Shown here piece by piece: positions 48,172 to 58,713 of a stretch of 64,000 bases of DNA (position 1 is its first letter; each line of letters starts with the position of its first letter). The translations under genes and the position numbers were made by a program. This stretch comes from Oligoflexia bacterium (GTDB lineage Bacteria; Bdellovibrionota; UBA1018): positions 86,404 to 150,403 of the forward strand of contig JAMPXJ010000006.1 of assembly GCA_023701205.1 (NCBI GenBank), written 5' to 3'. Below the pieces are notes generated by a model, which was given only the letters and a program-made list of their open reading frames with translations, made no database searches and was not told where the DNA came from.

Positions 48172-50346
48172 CTAAGACTTGGGGTCCAGCGCGAGGAAAG
48201 TATCGAGAGGAGGGAGTCCTTCATTGGGCCGCCCCTCCGCTCCTACTGCCGGAACCTCCATGAGGTCGTCGCAGTAGCCCAGGTGGTACCCTGGAGTGTG
48301 GTCATCCTTGCAGAATAGGTAGCGATCATCCCCTGCTGAACCGTTGGGAACGAAAAGCTGCGGATGATCAAAAGGCGCCTTTTCATTCCGCACCCTTTCG
48401 TCCGTCAGGGTCAGTAAAAAGGCGACGAGCTGCCTTTGTTTGTCCGGGGCACCTCTGAGGCCTCCGATGGGATCGATGTCGGGGTCTAGGTTGAACGCGT
48501 TGGTGACGGGGAAGTTCCCCCCGCGAGTGTAGAACTCCACCACCTGCCTGAGGGTGGCCGCGTCACCATTGTGGAAATACGGTCCCGTGAGCTCGACGTT
48601 GCGGAGCCCGGGCGCCTTTTGAGACCCGTCCACGGCCACTTCGGTATCAGCTGGAACGCCAGGGGGAAGATCGGGGACGAAGACGGCCACACCGGAAGGA
48701 AGCAACCCGAGCGCCTTGAGCTTGGCGAGACGGACCACCGAAAGCGGATAGGATTTGCCAGTCAGCGGATTGAGCTGAGGCGCGGAATTACCTCGGGCGA
48801 CATCTTCGTTATTCGGCACGAATCCTGGCTCCGCGGCGTCGGTGCTTCCCGCCGGGCGGACACCGACATTGTAGAAGCCGTTGTCATAGATGATGTTCTT
48901 GCGGTTGCTGATATCCATGAACTCGATGAGGTTGACGGGCAGGAAGCCTGGCGCCTGGGCGATCTTGTCTTGGCGCACGTTCCTCACCGAGTGATTCATG
49001 AACTCGGGAGCTTGGTGGCAGTTGTTGCACTTCCCTTCACCCAGGAAGATGCCGAAGCCTTTGGCTTCCTCTTCGGTGAACTTGTCCCGGCCTTCCGCTA
49101 CGCGGTCGAACTTTGCGTCATCGGAGACGAGAGTCGCTTCATAAAGCTGGATCGCGAGCCCGAAGAACAAGGAGAAGTTCGCTTCCATCTGCGTGAACTC
49201 GTTTTCGCCGAGGTCCTGCGTGTGCTTCGGTCTGGAGACGATCTCGGGCACGCCCGGGAGGAAATAGTAGGTCGCCGAATCGCCCGGATCCGGGCGATGC
49301 AGGTATTCGGGAATCGTCGTGAACCTGACCGCCTGGTCGTCACTATCCCACCATTTGTCGATGAAGGCCCGGCGGATAAGCTCTCCGTAGCTGATGTTGA
49401 GGCCGCGGCCGGCGGAGTAGGGACCGAGCACGCTGTCCTCCGGGCTCACGTACTGGATCGCGAGGGGTTGCAGCGCGAGCAGTTTTCTCCCGATCTTAGG
49501 AAAGGTGCGGCCGAGAGAGGACATCTCAAAATCGCTGCCCGGAGGTCCCACTGCCTGCGAGGCGAGGCTGGCATCGGGAATGCGTACTTTCGTCGGTTGG
49601 AGTCCTGTGGCGCCATTCAGGAACACGCGAGCGGTCTCATCGAGTTCGCCGAAGGGATTGACGCCATTGAAAATGTTTCGCGCGCGCCCATCCCAGAAGC
49701 TTGAAAAGTTGAAGATCGAGTTGATCACGGTCGGCGTGTTGCGAGGCTCGACTCGTCGCGTGCTCTTGCCATGGACATTGAAGACGGGATCGAATAGGAA
49801 ATTCGCCCTTTCATAGGAGGTGCCGCGAACGATCCTGGTAAATTCGAAATGGCGGACTCCCTGCGAAGACATGACGTCGTTGATGTTCGAGGTGAACTTG
49901 TTCCCGGGATCCTTTTCGAAGCCGGGCTCATCCGGAAGCTTGAATGAGGTCAATGGGAAGTGCTTACTGGAAACGGTAGAGTTTGGGCCGCCGAGTTGAA
50001 AGGAAGTATCGTTCGCAAGAAGTCCGGGACTGATACTGTTCTTGATGCGGTTGTCCGCGCCCGCATGGAAATGACAGCTTGCGCAGGCCTGGATACCGGA
50101 GCTTCCCACTTGCATGTCCCAGAACAGTGCTTTTCCCAGCGCGATGGCGGATCTCTTGTCCTTTACGAACTCCCGGAGATTTACCGGTTCCGGAACGCTG
50201 ATGGTCTTCAGCGAGGTCAGAGGGGAGTCGGTTTCGGCCGCACCTCCGGCACCGAGCACCGAAAGCGACACGGCAAGGCAGGATGCAACGGCTATAGCTC
50301 GGACGGGATTGCGTTTCGCTGGAAGTGATTTCGTGGAGACGTTCAT
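48172..50346 (-). CDS. Large di-heme cytochrome c peroxidase / MauG-family protein
   Basis: LGKALFWD, CASCH, RNTPT, FWDGRA, CNNCH, PGLRNVELTGPYFHNG. Confidence 0.9.
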   Translation of the reverse strand: MNVSTKSLPAKRNPVRAIAVASCLAVSLSVLGAGGAAETDSPLTSLKTISVPEPVNLREFVKDKRSAIALGKALFWDMQVGSSGIQACASCHFHAGADNRIKNSISPGLLANDTSFQLGGPNSTVSSKHFPLTSFKLPDEPGFEKDPGNKFTSNINDVMSSQGVRHFEFTRIVRGTSYERANFLFDPVFNVHGKSTRRVEPRNTPTVINSIFNFSSFWDGRARNIFNGVNPFGELDETARVFLNGATGLQPTKVRIPDASLASQAVGPPGSDFEMSSLGRTFPKIGRKLLALQPLAIQYVSPEDSVLGPYSAGRGLNISYGELIRRAFIDKWWDSDDQAVRFTTIPEYLHRPDPGDSATYYFLPGVPEIVSRPKHTQDLGENEFTQMEANFSLFFGLAIQLYEATLVSDDAKFDRVAEGRDKFTEEEAKGFGIFLGEGKCNNCHQAPEFMNHSVRNVRQDKIAQAPGFLPVNLIEFMDISNRKNIIYDNGFYNVGVRPAGSTDAAEPGFVPNNEDVARGNSAPQLNPLTGKSYPLSVVRLAKLKALGLLPSGVAVFVPDLPPGVPADTEVAVDGSQKAPGLRNVELTGPYFHNGDAATLRQVVEFYTRGGNFPVTNAFNLDPDIDPIGGLRGAPDKQRQLVAFLLTLTDERVRNEKAPFDHPQLFVPNGSAGDDRYLFCKDDHTPGYHLGYCDDLMEVPAVGAEGRPNEGLPPLDTFLALDPKS

Positions 50347-50433
50347 GGTAACTCCTCGGAGACTTTGCGGTGGCTTCCGCTTGCCGATGGCGATAGTGGA
50401 GCCGGGTACTCATCCCGGCGGGTCGCTCGCCGT

Positions 50434-50449
50434 TGCAATCGAAGTACCA
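50434..50449 (-). promoter_or_regulatory. Candidate sigma54 promoter of the peroxidase gene
   Basis: Minus strand TGGTACTTCGATTGCA = GG-N10-GC. Confidence 0.55.
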
Positions 50450-50471
50450 ACTGCGGAGGTGAGGAATGGAG

Positions 50472-52937
50472 TCAAATAACCCGAATTTCAAGCAAGCGGA
50501 GGCAAGGCTTGCCCGCCTTGCGCGAGGCTTCGCGCGGAATCTCGAAGAGGGCTTCCCAGTCGTTGTGCCCCTCGGCATCGATGAGGGTCTGCTGAAGCCT
50601 CCAAGGGTCCGAGTCCGTCTGGAGGCGCGTGTGCGCGGCTCCGCGGGCGGGCGTGTCGGTGCGCAGGCGCCCATGCCCGAGCTCATATTCCTTCATCGTG
50701 CGTTCGAGGGCGTCAGCGCTCCAGTGCTGTGCGGACTCGGGTTCGAGCAACGCGGCTGCGACGGCGTAATCGCGGCAGGCCAGCGCCCGGAGGAAGCGGA
50801 AGACCTCGTTGCGCGCCTGGATCGTGAAAGCTTTCGGACTCTCGGTGGGCGTGGGTGCAACAGCGGCGGATTCGGGCGCGGGTGCGAGCGCGGCCAGAGG
50901 GTTCCTGAGCTTTTCCCATTCATCGAGGAGACTTGAGTCGACCTCCCGGAGCATCGTCCCGAAGTACTCGATCATCGTGAAGAGCTCGTCGTTCTTGGCG
51001 TAATCGGGCACGGTCTGGACCAGCGTCTTGTAAACGTCCGAGAGATAGCGCAGCAAGAGCCCCTCGGCGCGCTGAAGCTCGTAATCGCGGATGTACTCGG
51101 CGAAGCTCTGGAAGTTCTCGAGCATCTCGCGCGCGATGGACTTGGGGCGGATGTTCTCCTGGCCGACCCAGGGATGCCTCGCCGCGAACTCGTTGAACGT
51201 CGCGTAGATGAAATCGCGGTTGGGCTTGGGGTACTCGAGCTTCTCGAGCTCTTCCATGCGTTCCTCGTACTCCATGCCGAGCTCCTTGAGCTCGCGGAGC
51301 TTTTCGCCCTTGAGCCGATCGAGCTGCTTGCGCAAGACGAGGTCAGGATTCTCCAGGATGGACTCGACGAGCGTGAGCAGGTCCAAGGCGTAATCCGGAT
51401 GATCCGGGTCGAGCCGCTCGATCGTGTCCACGAGGTAAAGCGAAAGCGCGTGATTGAGCGAGAAATCCTCCTGCAGGTCCACGTTCACGCGCAACGGAGC
51501 GAGGGTGATGATCTTCTTCTCGACCAGGGAGCGGAAGAGCTGGAAGGCCGTTTTTCCGAGCGCTTTCTGAGTGCCTGGAGCCTCGTGGCACGAGCGGAGC
51601 AGTTCGCGCATGGCGCGGCAGCCGTCCTCGTTTTCGCGGCCGAGGACCTGAAGCAGCATTCCGTGGCTCACCTTGAAGCGCGAAAGCAGCGCCTCGGGCT
51701 GTCCCTTGGAAAGTTTCTCGAAGGTCTCTTTATTCCACGGGAGATACCCTTTTTCGGGAGGCTTGCGCTTGACGATCTTCCGGAGCTTCTTGGGGTCACC
51801 CGCGGCCTTCTGCTCCATCCGGAGATTCTCGACGACGTGCTCGGGCGCCTGGACGACGACCGTGCCGCGGTCATCGAAGCCGCGCCGCCCGGCGCGCCCG
51901 GCGATCTGCTGGAAGTCGCGCACGGTCAGGATCGTGGTCTTCTCGCCGTCGAACTTGCAGAGCTTCGTGAAGAGCACGGTACGGATGGGTACGTTCACGC
52001 CCACGCCCAGTGTGTCCGTGCCGCAGATGACTTTCAAAAGGCCGCGTTGCGCGAGCTTCTCCACGAGCACGCGGTAGCGGGGGAGGAGTCCCGCATGGTG
52101 GATGCCCACGCCATGCTTGAGGAGCCTCTGGATCTCGCGCCCGTAGGGGCTCGAGAACCGGGATCCGCAAAGGGCGTCGGCGAGGACGCGCTTCTCCTCC
52201 TTCGTGCAGTAGTCAGTTGAAAGGAGGTTCTGGGCCTCCTCGGCGCATTCGCGCTGGGTGAAGTTCACGAGATAGATCGGCGCGCGCCCGCGCGCTACGA
52301 GGTCGGTGATGGTCTCGTGCAACGGGGTCTCGCGATACTCGAAGTCCAGGGGAACCGGGCGCTCCGAGGAGCGCACGACCACGGTCTCGCGACCATTGAG
52401 ACCGGTCAGCCCCTTCTCGAAACGCTCGGTTTCTCCGAGGGTAGCCGACATGAGCAGAAAACGCGTGTTCTTGAGCGTGAGCAGGGGGATCTGCCAGGCC
52501 ACCCCGCGCTCGCGATCCGAGTAGAAGTGGAACTCGTCGAGGACCGCGTCCTCCACGGGGGCGTTCGCCCCGTGCCGGAGCGCATCGTTGGCCAGGATCT
52601 CGGCCGTACAGCAGATGATGGGCGCGCCGGGATTGACCGAAGCGTCGCCGGTGATCATTCCCACCTGCTCGGGGCCGAAGTCGCGGCAAAGCGCGAGGAA
52701 CTTCTCGTTGACGAGCGCCTTGATCGGGCAGGTGTAAAAAGAGCGCCGGCCTTCGGCGAGCGCCTGAAAATGCAGCGCGGTCGCGACCAGGGACTTTCCC
52801 GAGCCGGTCGGGGTGTTGAGAATGACGTTCTTGCCCGAGTAGAGCTCGAGGATGGCCTCTTCCTGCGCGGGATAGAGCTCGAGGTTTTTTCCGCGGACGT
52901 GCTCGAGAAAGCGATCGAGGACCTCGCCTGTGCTCAT
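50472..52937 (-). CDS. SF2 DEAD/DEAH-box helicase (Ski2-like, DUF3516-type C-terminus)
   Basis: [31 protein letters not shown]. Confidence 0.92.
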   Translation of the reverse strand: MSTGEVLDRFLEHVRGKNLELYPAQEEAILELYSGKNVILNTPTGSGKSLVATALHFQALAEGRRSFYTCPIKALVNEKFLALCRDFGPEQVGMITGDASVNPGAPIICCTAEILANDALRHGANAPVEDAVLDEFHFYSDRERGVAWQIPLLTLKNTRFLLMSATLGETERFEKGLTGLNGRETVVVRSSERPVPLDFEYRETPLHETITDLVARGRAPIYLVNFTQRECAEEAQNLLSTDYCTKEEKRVLADALCGSRFSSPYGREIQRLLKHGVGIHHAGLLPRYRVLVEKLAQRGLLKVICGTDTLGVGVNVPIRTVLFTKLCKFDGEKTTILTVRDFQQIAGRAGRRGFDDRGTVVVQAPEHVVENLRMEQKAAGDPKKLRKIVKRKPPEKGYLPWNKETFEKLSKGQPEALLSRFKVSHGMLLQVLGRENEDGCRAMRELLRSCHEAPGTQKALGKTAFQLFRSLVEKKIITLAPLRVNVDLQEDFSLNHALSLYLVDTIERLDPDHPDYALDLLTLVESILENPDLVLRKQLDRLKGEKLRELKELGMEYEERMEELEKLEYPKPNRDFIYATFNEFAARHPWVGQENIRPKSIAREMLENFQSFAEYIRDYELQRAEGLLLRYLSDVYKTLVQTVPDYAKNDELFTMIEYFGTMLREVDSSLLDEWEKLRNPLAALAPAPESAAVAPTPTESPKAFTIQARNEVFRFLRALACRDYAVAAALLEPESAQHWSADALERTMKEYELGHGRLRTDTPARGAAHTRLQTDSDPWRLQQTLIDAEGHNDWEALFEIPREASRKAGKPCLRLLEIRVI

Positions 52938-53569
52938 CTGGCCTTCTCGCCTCCGGCCATCTTCTCATGGATGGCGCGGGCTTCGGCGCTGGCTTGGGTT
53001 TTCAGCTCGGCAAGCTCCGGGGCGAGCCCGGCGTAGCGCTCGGTGACCCATTCTGCATGCAGCAGGCACATCGCTTCGGCCGCCGGGAGCGTGCCCGTGG
53101 GCTTGGGTTCGACGCAGGCTTTGAGCTGCGTCAGGAACTCGCGGGCGTGGCTCTCGCTTTCGAGCGCGATCGTCAGGCGGGCGCCGAGCTCCGCGCCAAA
53201 GCTCACGAGCGCCGGTGGCGTCACATGAGGCTCGCGCGCGATCTCGTCCCGGACCCTGGGGAGCTCGGGAATGTTGACGGGCGTGCGAAAAAGGCTTTCG
53301 GCCTGCGCGCGGTCAATGTCTTCGAGTGCGGCCGGGGGGGCGCCGGACGGGAGCGGCGAGGCCGCGGAGCCTGTTTCGATGGCGGCCGGGCTCTTCGTTA
53401 GAGAATCCTGGCGAGAGGTCTCACCTGGCGAAGAATGGGTCGCCAGGGCCCCGCGTTCGGGAGTTTCACCCGGTTCGAGAAGCGTTCTACCGGACAGGAG
53501 CGCCCAAAGTCCGAGCGCGACTCCGAGCAGGGTGAGGGTGATCAGCAGTCGGATCTGGCCAGGCCGCAT
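52934..53569 (-). CDS. Membrane-anchored hypothetical protein
   Basis: N-terminal TM, linker, helical domain; directly downstream of lipoprotein gene. Confidence 0.65.
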   Translation of the reverse strand: MRPGQIRLLITLTLLGVALGLWALLSGRTLLEPGETPERGALATHSSPGETSRQDSLTKSPAAIETGSAASPLPSGAPPAALEDIDRAQAESLFRTPVNIPELPRVRDEIAREPHVTPPALVSFGAELGARLTIALESESHAREFLTQLKACVEPKPTGTLPAAEAMCLLHAEWVTERYAGLAPELAELKTQASAEARAIHEKMAGGEKAR

Positions 53570-53571
53570 TC

Positions 53572-54612
53572 TTAGCGTTGTACACTGTCTTTGCTGCTCA
53601 GGTCCAGAGGGCCCGCTTCGGCATCGACGAGGAGCCGGCCGAACGAATCCGCGGCCGAGGCGCTCAGGAGGCTCGAGTGCTTGATGATCCGCTTGGCGTC
53701 CTCGGGGGAGTTGCGGTGATAGGTCATCGCGGCCGCCGTATACACTGCGCCGAAGTAATAAGCTCCGTAGACGAAATCATCACAGGCCGCCAGTCCCGCA
53801 AGCGCGTGCCCCTTGGGGCAGCGCGTGTGGAGGTGTCCGCAGCGGCGATTGCGGTAGTTCTCATCGAACTCCTTGCCGTTGCGGGAGGCGCGCGCGACCT
53901 CGATATCCGAGGGCGTCAGCCCGGTCGGGCAGTCGGAGTGCCGTGCCTCATGGACCAGGATGGATTGCCGAAGCTCGGTCGGAAGCTTGAGCTTGAGGGG
54001 ACCGATGATCTTCTCGGCTTCTTTGTAGCCTGGGCCGAACATCATCAGGCCCGCGCGCGAGCCCTGGATCGGGAACAGCTTCTTGCCCACCCGGCAGGAG
54101 ACCTCGGCTTCGTTCACCGCGGAGAGCAACCACACGGCCGTGCCGATGTTCGCGGCACCCATTTCGGCTTTTGCGCTCGATTCGGGGGCTTCGGCAGGCC
54201 TTGACGGTTCCTGGGCTGGCTCTTCGCCGCCTCCAAAGAAGGCCGTGTATTTGAGCTCCTTCGGGAAGGTGCAGCGCGAGGACAATTCAGCATCATCGAC
54301 GGCGGGCATGAAAGCCTTCAGTCGTGTATTGAGATAGCTGATGGGCGAATCGCCTTTGTTCGGAGTGAAAAGCCGCTGGGCCCGGAGATCGCCGCGGACA
54401 ATCGCGCTCTGGTTGCCCGACATCGCTATGAGGTCCCTGACCAGGAGCTCCATCGAAGAGACGGGAACTTCAGGATCGACCGTGACGTTCACGCCGATTT
54501 TCGCGAGCTGAGCTTCAGCCTCGAGCGCGGCTTTTTCGTTTTCACAGGCGGTGAAAACCAGAAGGGAAATCAGCGAAAGGGGAAAGGCCATCCGTCCAAG
54601 GTTCTTAAGCAT
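53572..54612 (-). CDS. Lipoprotein with HEXXH zinc-metallopeptidase motif
   Basis: Lipobox FTAC; ILVHEARHSDC and CGHLHTRCP.GH...G..ACD. Confidence 0.75.
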   Translation of the reverse strand: MLKNLGRMAFPLSLISLLVFTACENEKAALEAEAQLAKIGVNVTVDPEVPVSSMELLVRDLIAMSGNQSAIVRGDLRAQRLFTPNKGDSPISYLNTRLKAFMPAVDDAELSSRCTFPKELKYTAFFGGGEEPAQEPSRPAEAPESSAKAEMGAANIGTAVWLLSAVNEAEVSCRVGKKLFPIQGSRAGLMMFGPGYKEAEKIIGPLKLKLPTELRQSILVHEARHSDCPTGLTPSDIEVARASRNGKEFDENYRNRRCGHLHTRCPKGHALAGLAACDDFVYGAYYFGAVYTAAAMTYHRNSPEDAKRIIKHSSLLSASAADSFGRLLVDAEAGPLDLSSKDSVQR

Positions 54613-54705
54613 GACGCGGTGTGTAACTCATCTAACTTTGAAAGACAACCGAAAATATCGGATATAGGAATTGGCCTGATGCATGCCAGGCTGATACAGA
54701 AAAAG

Positions 54706-55479
54706 ATGATGAATCCCAGATCAGCAATCGCCGCTATCGAGCGTGCCGGCGTTCTTCTTGTATTTCCTTTAAATAACAAGAAGATGCCAGCTTCTCTTTG
54801 GTCTCACTTTCATCCCCGCAAAAAGATGATTTGGGAATGGGATGAGGAAGGGGACGACCGTGTCGCGGATCTCTGGCACCTGCGTGCTGAGCTCTCGACG
54901 AGCCGCAAGGTGGTTTACACGAAATGGTACCAAGGGCGGGCGACGTATTTTTCGCGCCCCGTTTTTGCCGCTCTCTTGCGGCTGAGCAATCCCGACGGCG
55001 TTGCGCGCGAGCGGCTGAGCGTTTCGGCACGCAAAATTCTGGAAATCCTCGAGGGCGAGTCGCCTCTTTCCACCCGCGAGCTCAAGCGCCAGGCCGGGCT
55101 TCAGGGGCGCGCGAACGAGCGCAGCTATGAGAAGGCGCTGCGCGAGCTTTGGGAGCGGCTTCTGATCGTGGCCTATGGCGAAGTCGAGGAGGGGGCGTTT
55201 CCTTCGCTCGCGGTCGGCGCGACGAGCGTGCTCTTCGAGGAGCTTTATCGCGAGGGGCTCAGGCTTGAGCCTGCGGTGGCGCTCGATCGCGTGCGGGCGG
55301 TGCTCGCCGAGGACAATCCGTTTTACCGGTTTTTTCTGAAGCTGCGCGCGCGGCAGGAGCTCGGGCCGATCCCGGGCACGGGACGCGAGGCCCGCAAAAA
55401 AGGAGCTCGCCGCGAGGGTGCGCGCCGGGGTGCGGGCGCGCGCGGGGATCTTCGGGTGGTTCGTTTCGAGGATCTGTGA
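54706..55479 (+). CDS. Winged-helix protein, AlkZ-related (tentative)
   Basis: VVYTKWYQGRATYFS, ESPLSTRELK, EKALRELWERLLI; start uncertain. Confidence 0.6.
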   Translation: MMNPRSAIAAIERAGVLLVFPLNNKKMPASLWSHFHPRKKMIWEWDEEGDDRVADLWHLRAELSTSRKVVYTKWYQGRATYFSRPVFAALLRLSNPDGVARERLSVSARKILEILEGESPLSTRELKRQAGLQGRANERSYEKALRELWERLLIVAYGEVEEGAFPSLAVGATSVLFEELYREGLRLEPAVALDRVRAVLAEDNPFYRFFLKLRARQELGPIPGTGREARKKGARREGARRGAGARGDLRVVRFEDL

Positions 55480-55493
55480 GGTCTGGTTAAAGT

Positions 55494-56168
55494 CTAGTTC
55501 TGATACTCGGGATAGCCGGTATTCTTCAGGCAGTTTTGCTGGAATCCATTCCCTAGCTCCGTGCAACCGCTGGAGCAGGCGTCCCATCTCTGATGGTACT
55601 CCTTCATCATTGTCTCCGTCCGCTCAGAAGGAGGTGGCAGATTGGGCAGCGAATCTCGGCAGTTGTCGTGGCACTTTCGGGATTCCGAAGCCCCCTTTTC
55701 TTCACAACCCGCGATGGCGTTCTTGCGCGCCCTCAAGGCCGGTGCTTGCTTCCATCCACGATAGGTCGCGTGGCTCCAGACAACGGCATCCCAGGCGAAA
55801 CAGGCGGCCGCGATGATGAAGACCGCGTTTCGCCATCGGGACTTTTGGAGCCATTTTCCGAGAAAATAGGCTCCGGCAAGAGTCGTCGCGAATATCAGCG
55901 GTACCACCAGAAGCGATCCCAGCCTGTTCAACGGTGGAGCGAGGACGATCCAGGCATCCGAATGGCCTCGAATCGGCAGGAAGCTCAGCAAAGAATAATA
56001 GATCCAATGGAGAGGAAGCCGGAGCCATCCGAATACTTCGCTGAACGAATGATTCGGCTCCGGCCAGATATCCCGCGCCAGGAAGACGCTCTGCCTAAGC
56101 CAGCTTCGGAAGCAATCGAAGGTGACCCAAAGCAGGAGAACGGCTTGAAGCGGAATGCGCGGCAACAT
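55494..56168 (-). CDS. Hypothetical membrane protein with Cys-rich C-terminus
   Basis: Several hydrophobic segments then C..C-x3-C helical repeats. Confidence 0.55.
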   Translation of the reverse strand: MLPRIPLQAVLLLWVTFDCFRSWLRQSVFLARDIWPEPNHSFSEVFGWLRLPLHWIYYSLLSFLPIRGHSDAWIVLAPPLNRLGSLLVVPLIFATTLAGAYFLGKWLQKSRWRNAVFIIAAACFAWDAVVWSHATYRGWKQAPALRARKNAIAGCEEKGASESRKCHDNCRDSLPNLPPPSERTETMMKEYHQRWDACSSGCTELGNGFQQNCLKNTGYPEYQN

Positions 56169-56233
56169 TCCTTGAGACTACACGGAAGGCGGTTGCGCGT
56201 GTAGTTTGGAATTCCAACCGGCCCTCACAACAC

Positions 56234-57829
56234 TCACAGCCAGCACTTCCCGGAATCACTTGATCTCCAATCGACTTCCACCCAGGTGTCTTCCTTCAGT
56301 CTCACGGGTTGCGGACCTCGGAAGAGCTGGGACTCATATTTGATGACCTGTCCTTTGGGCAGGTAAAGCTCGCCATTGCTACCAACGCGAGTGGGGTCTT
56401 TGAGCTGAACGGTCTCATCTTTCCAGCTCCAGTCGCCGGAGTTCCGAACGGGCACCCGGCAGGTCAGGGTTGTGGGGAGTCCTTGGCACTGGGTGAGGGT
56501 TCCGTCTGCGGCTTTGCCCGCGCAGCTTACCCAATAGGGGCCCAGGCCCAGCGCTTCAACGACATTTGAAGCACCGCCATCGAATTCGATCACGCGAAGC
56601 TCGAGTTTTCCCCGATCAGAAGAGGTCACCTCGTAGGAAAGCTTGCGGAGCCCATTCCAGGTGAAGGTGCTCTTGCGGGCGCGGCCGTCAGGCTTATCCT
56701 GAAGCTCGAGCGTGCACTGAGCGTCGGGAATGGTTGATTCGAGCGTGATGGCGGCGCCCTTCGAGAAGGTCGAAATGCCCCGGCAGCTCAAATGCACATC
56801 GGCTTTCGCGTGTAGGAAATCCTTGAATTCGAAGCTGCTGGTTTGAAGCCCGCTCCAGTGGAAGATCCCTTTGTTGGATTCGTAGCGAAGAGACGCAGGT
56901 GCGAAGGCACGGATCACCAAACTATCGAGGGAAAGAGTTTCGCCGGGCGTCTGGGTCAGCTCGCCTTTTCCTTCACATCTTTCGGATAAGGTTGCACTGA
57001 AAACCTGTTCGAAAAACTTTTCCTTTCCAGACGACTCGCGGATCGGCCACCAATCCCTTTGGCAGCGCGCCTCCACGCGTTTGCCAGGCAGAGCTGCCCA
57101 GGCCGAATTGAATGAGGTAAAGGCTTTCAAATTCTCTTCAGGAAACGGGAAGTACTCTGAATCTCCATTGTAAACGGTTCCGCCACCCCAATCCCAATCT
57201 CGATAGATGCTTCTCATGTTTATGCTCGCCTCGAAATATTCCCGCATCGTGGCTTCGGAAAGCATGATCTGATTGAGGTGCCGGACGCGCAGGCTCTGCG
57301 GGTTTCCTCGGTTTGCGATCGCTTCGCGGAAGATCAGCTCATGCAGCACCAGCGCGGCACGGTTGTCGCTGTCCATGAGATCCCAGAGATCCAGGTCGAT
57401 GGTGTAGCGCTTGTACACGGTGCCCAGGTTCGCATCGGCGAGCTGCACGGCGATCTGCTTGATCTCGCAGCCGCGCGGGATCACGACGATCCCCTCGTCC
57501 GAGACGTTGGGGAGCTGGGCGCGGACAAAGAGCGTCTCGCTCTCGAAGGTCTCCAGCCACTGCCGATAAAGCTCGGTGCGGAAGGGGCTCCGGCTTGACC
57601 AGCGATCGAGGATGGCCTGAACCTTCTGCCGGTAATCGGCATGGGGAGGACCGAGCTGAAGCTTGCGGCCGCCGAGCTGAGCCTCGTAGAGGTCGACCAG
57701 GATGGCCTTGGCCCCCGAGGCGTTGGGGCAGTAAAAGATATCGCCGCCGTTGCCGAGCTCGTTGCCGGCCCAGCCGGGCAAGGACGCCGTTAAGGCTAAA
57801 GTCGCGATGAAAGCGGATTTAATTCTCAC
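56234..57829 (-). CDS. Secreted protein with N-terminal GNELGNGG motif
   Basis: Signal peptide, GNELGNGGD, LVDLYEA, ALVLHELIFR; overlaps the end of the upstream regulator gene. Confidence 0.75.
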   Translation of the reverse strand: MRIKSAFIATLALTASLPGWAGNELGNGGDIFYCPNASGAKAILVDLYEAQLGGRKLQLGPPHADYRQKVQAILDRWSSRSPFRTELYRQWLETFESETLFVRAQLPNVSDEGIVVIPRGCEIKQIAVQLADANLGTVYKRYTIDLDLWDLMDSDNRAALVLHELIFREAIANRGNPQSLRVRHLNQIMLSEATMREYFEASINMRSIYRDWDWGGGTVYNGDSEYFPFPEENLKAFTSFNSAWAALPGKRVEARCQRDWWPIRESSGKEKFFEQVFSATLSERCEGKGELTQTPGETLSLDSLVIRAFAPASLRYESNKGIFHWSGLQTSSFEFKDFLHAKADVHLSCRGISTFSKGAAITLESTIPDAQCTLELQDKPDGRARKSTFTWNGLRKLSYEVTSSDRGKLELRVIEFDGGASNVVEALGLGPYWVSCAGKAADGTLTQCQGLPTTLTCRVPVRNSGDWSWKDETVQLKDPTRVGSNGELYLPKGQVIKYESQLFRGPQPVRLKEDTWVEVDWRSSDSGKCWL

Positions 57830-58619
57830 GGGAACGTTCTCCTTTTGAGTTGTTCGGAATCGGGGAGAGCTCAGTCAACGGGATGAGCTGGATCTGAAGG
57901 CGATAAACTTCGCTCGGGTTCTTGCCGCGCTCGAGCAGCTGGGCGAGCTTGCGGCGGAAGTCCTTGATCAGCGCCTTGGCCTCGTTCAGGCGCGCAGGAT
58001 CGGCGGCCAAGGTGATCGAGGTGATGTCGCGAAGCTCAAGCGGGATCCGCTCAAGCCCCTCGATGGCCTGCTCGAGCTGCCTGCGGTGCGCCTTGCGGAG
58101 CGCGGCGTTTTGCACGCCGTCGCTCGAGCGCACGCCTTGCGCATGCGTGGGTGTGAGCTTGCCGTCTTTTTCGGTGATGAGTCCCAGGTCCTGGAGCAGC
58201 CTCAGTGAGTGCGTGACCTCGGTGACCGAGGAGCGCAGCCGCGCGGCGATCCAGCGCGGCTCGCGGCGGAAGCCCCGGGTTTCCATCAGGCTCAGGAGCG
58301 TGAAATGAATCGGCTCGGAGATCAGCTCGAAGACCTTCTGATCGAGAAGCTCGGGGGCCGAAGGGGCGGGAATCGAGGCCTGCGCGAGCGAGAGCCCAAG
58401 CCAATGAGCCTGCTCCACGGGGGAGAGCCCAAGCCTGTTCATGATCCGATGCGCGGCCTTCGGGGTGACGGATCTCTGGCCCGAGAAGTACTGCGAAAGC
58501 CGCCCGGAGCCGACGTTCAGGTCCCGGCTGAAGCTCCGGAGGCTGTAGGCCGCGTTGCGGGCGCGGCGGGTGCGGTACTCGCGCCCGAGCTGATCGAGGA
58601 AGGGACGGCTGATATCCAT
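57819..58619 (-). CDS. HTH + DUF4423 (TIGR02147-like) protein
   Basis: RNAAYSLRSFSRDL, IAARL, LRDITSITLA, IKDFRRKL, VYRLQIQLIPLT. Confidence 0.85.
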   Translation of the reverse strand: MDISRPFLDQLGREYRTRRARNAAYSLRSFSRDLNVGSGRLSQYFSGQRSVTPKAAHRIMNRLGLSPVEQAHWLGLSLAQASIPAPSAPELLDQKVFELISEPIHFTLLSLMETRGFRREPRWIAARLRSSVTEVTHSLRLLQDLGLITEKDGKLTPTHAQGVRSSDGVQNAALRKAHRRQLEQAIEGLERIPLELRDITSITLAADPARLNEAKALIKDFRRKLAQLLERGKNPSEVYRLQIQLIPLTELSPIPNNSKGERSREN

Positions 58620-58659
58620 GCGGCAGGGCTTAGCACGCCTTTTCAGGGGTGGAAAGGGA

Positions 58660-58690
58660 TTTGGAAGCAAAGTGCTTCCAAAATGGAAGC
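58660..58690. promoter_or_regulatory. Palindromic candidate operator
   Basis: TTTGGAAGCA-AAG-TGCTTCCAAA perfect 10-bp inverted repeat plus a third TGGAAGC half-site. Confidence 0.55.
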
Positions 58691-58713
58691 GGGCTTGCGC
58701 TTGCCGACGCGTT

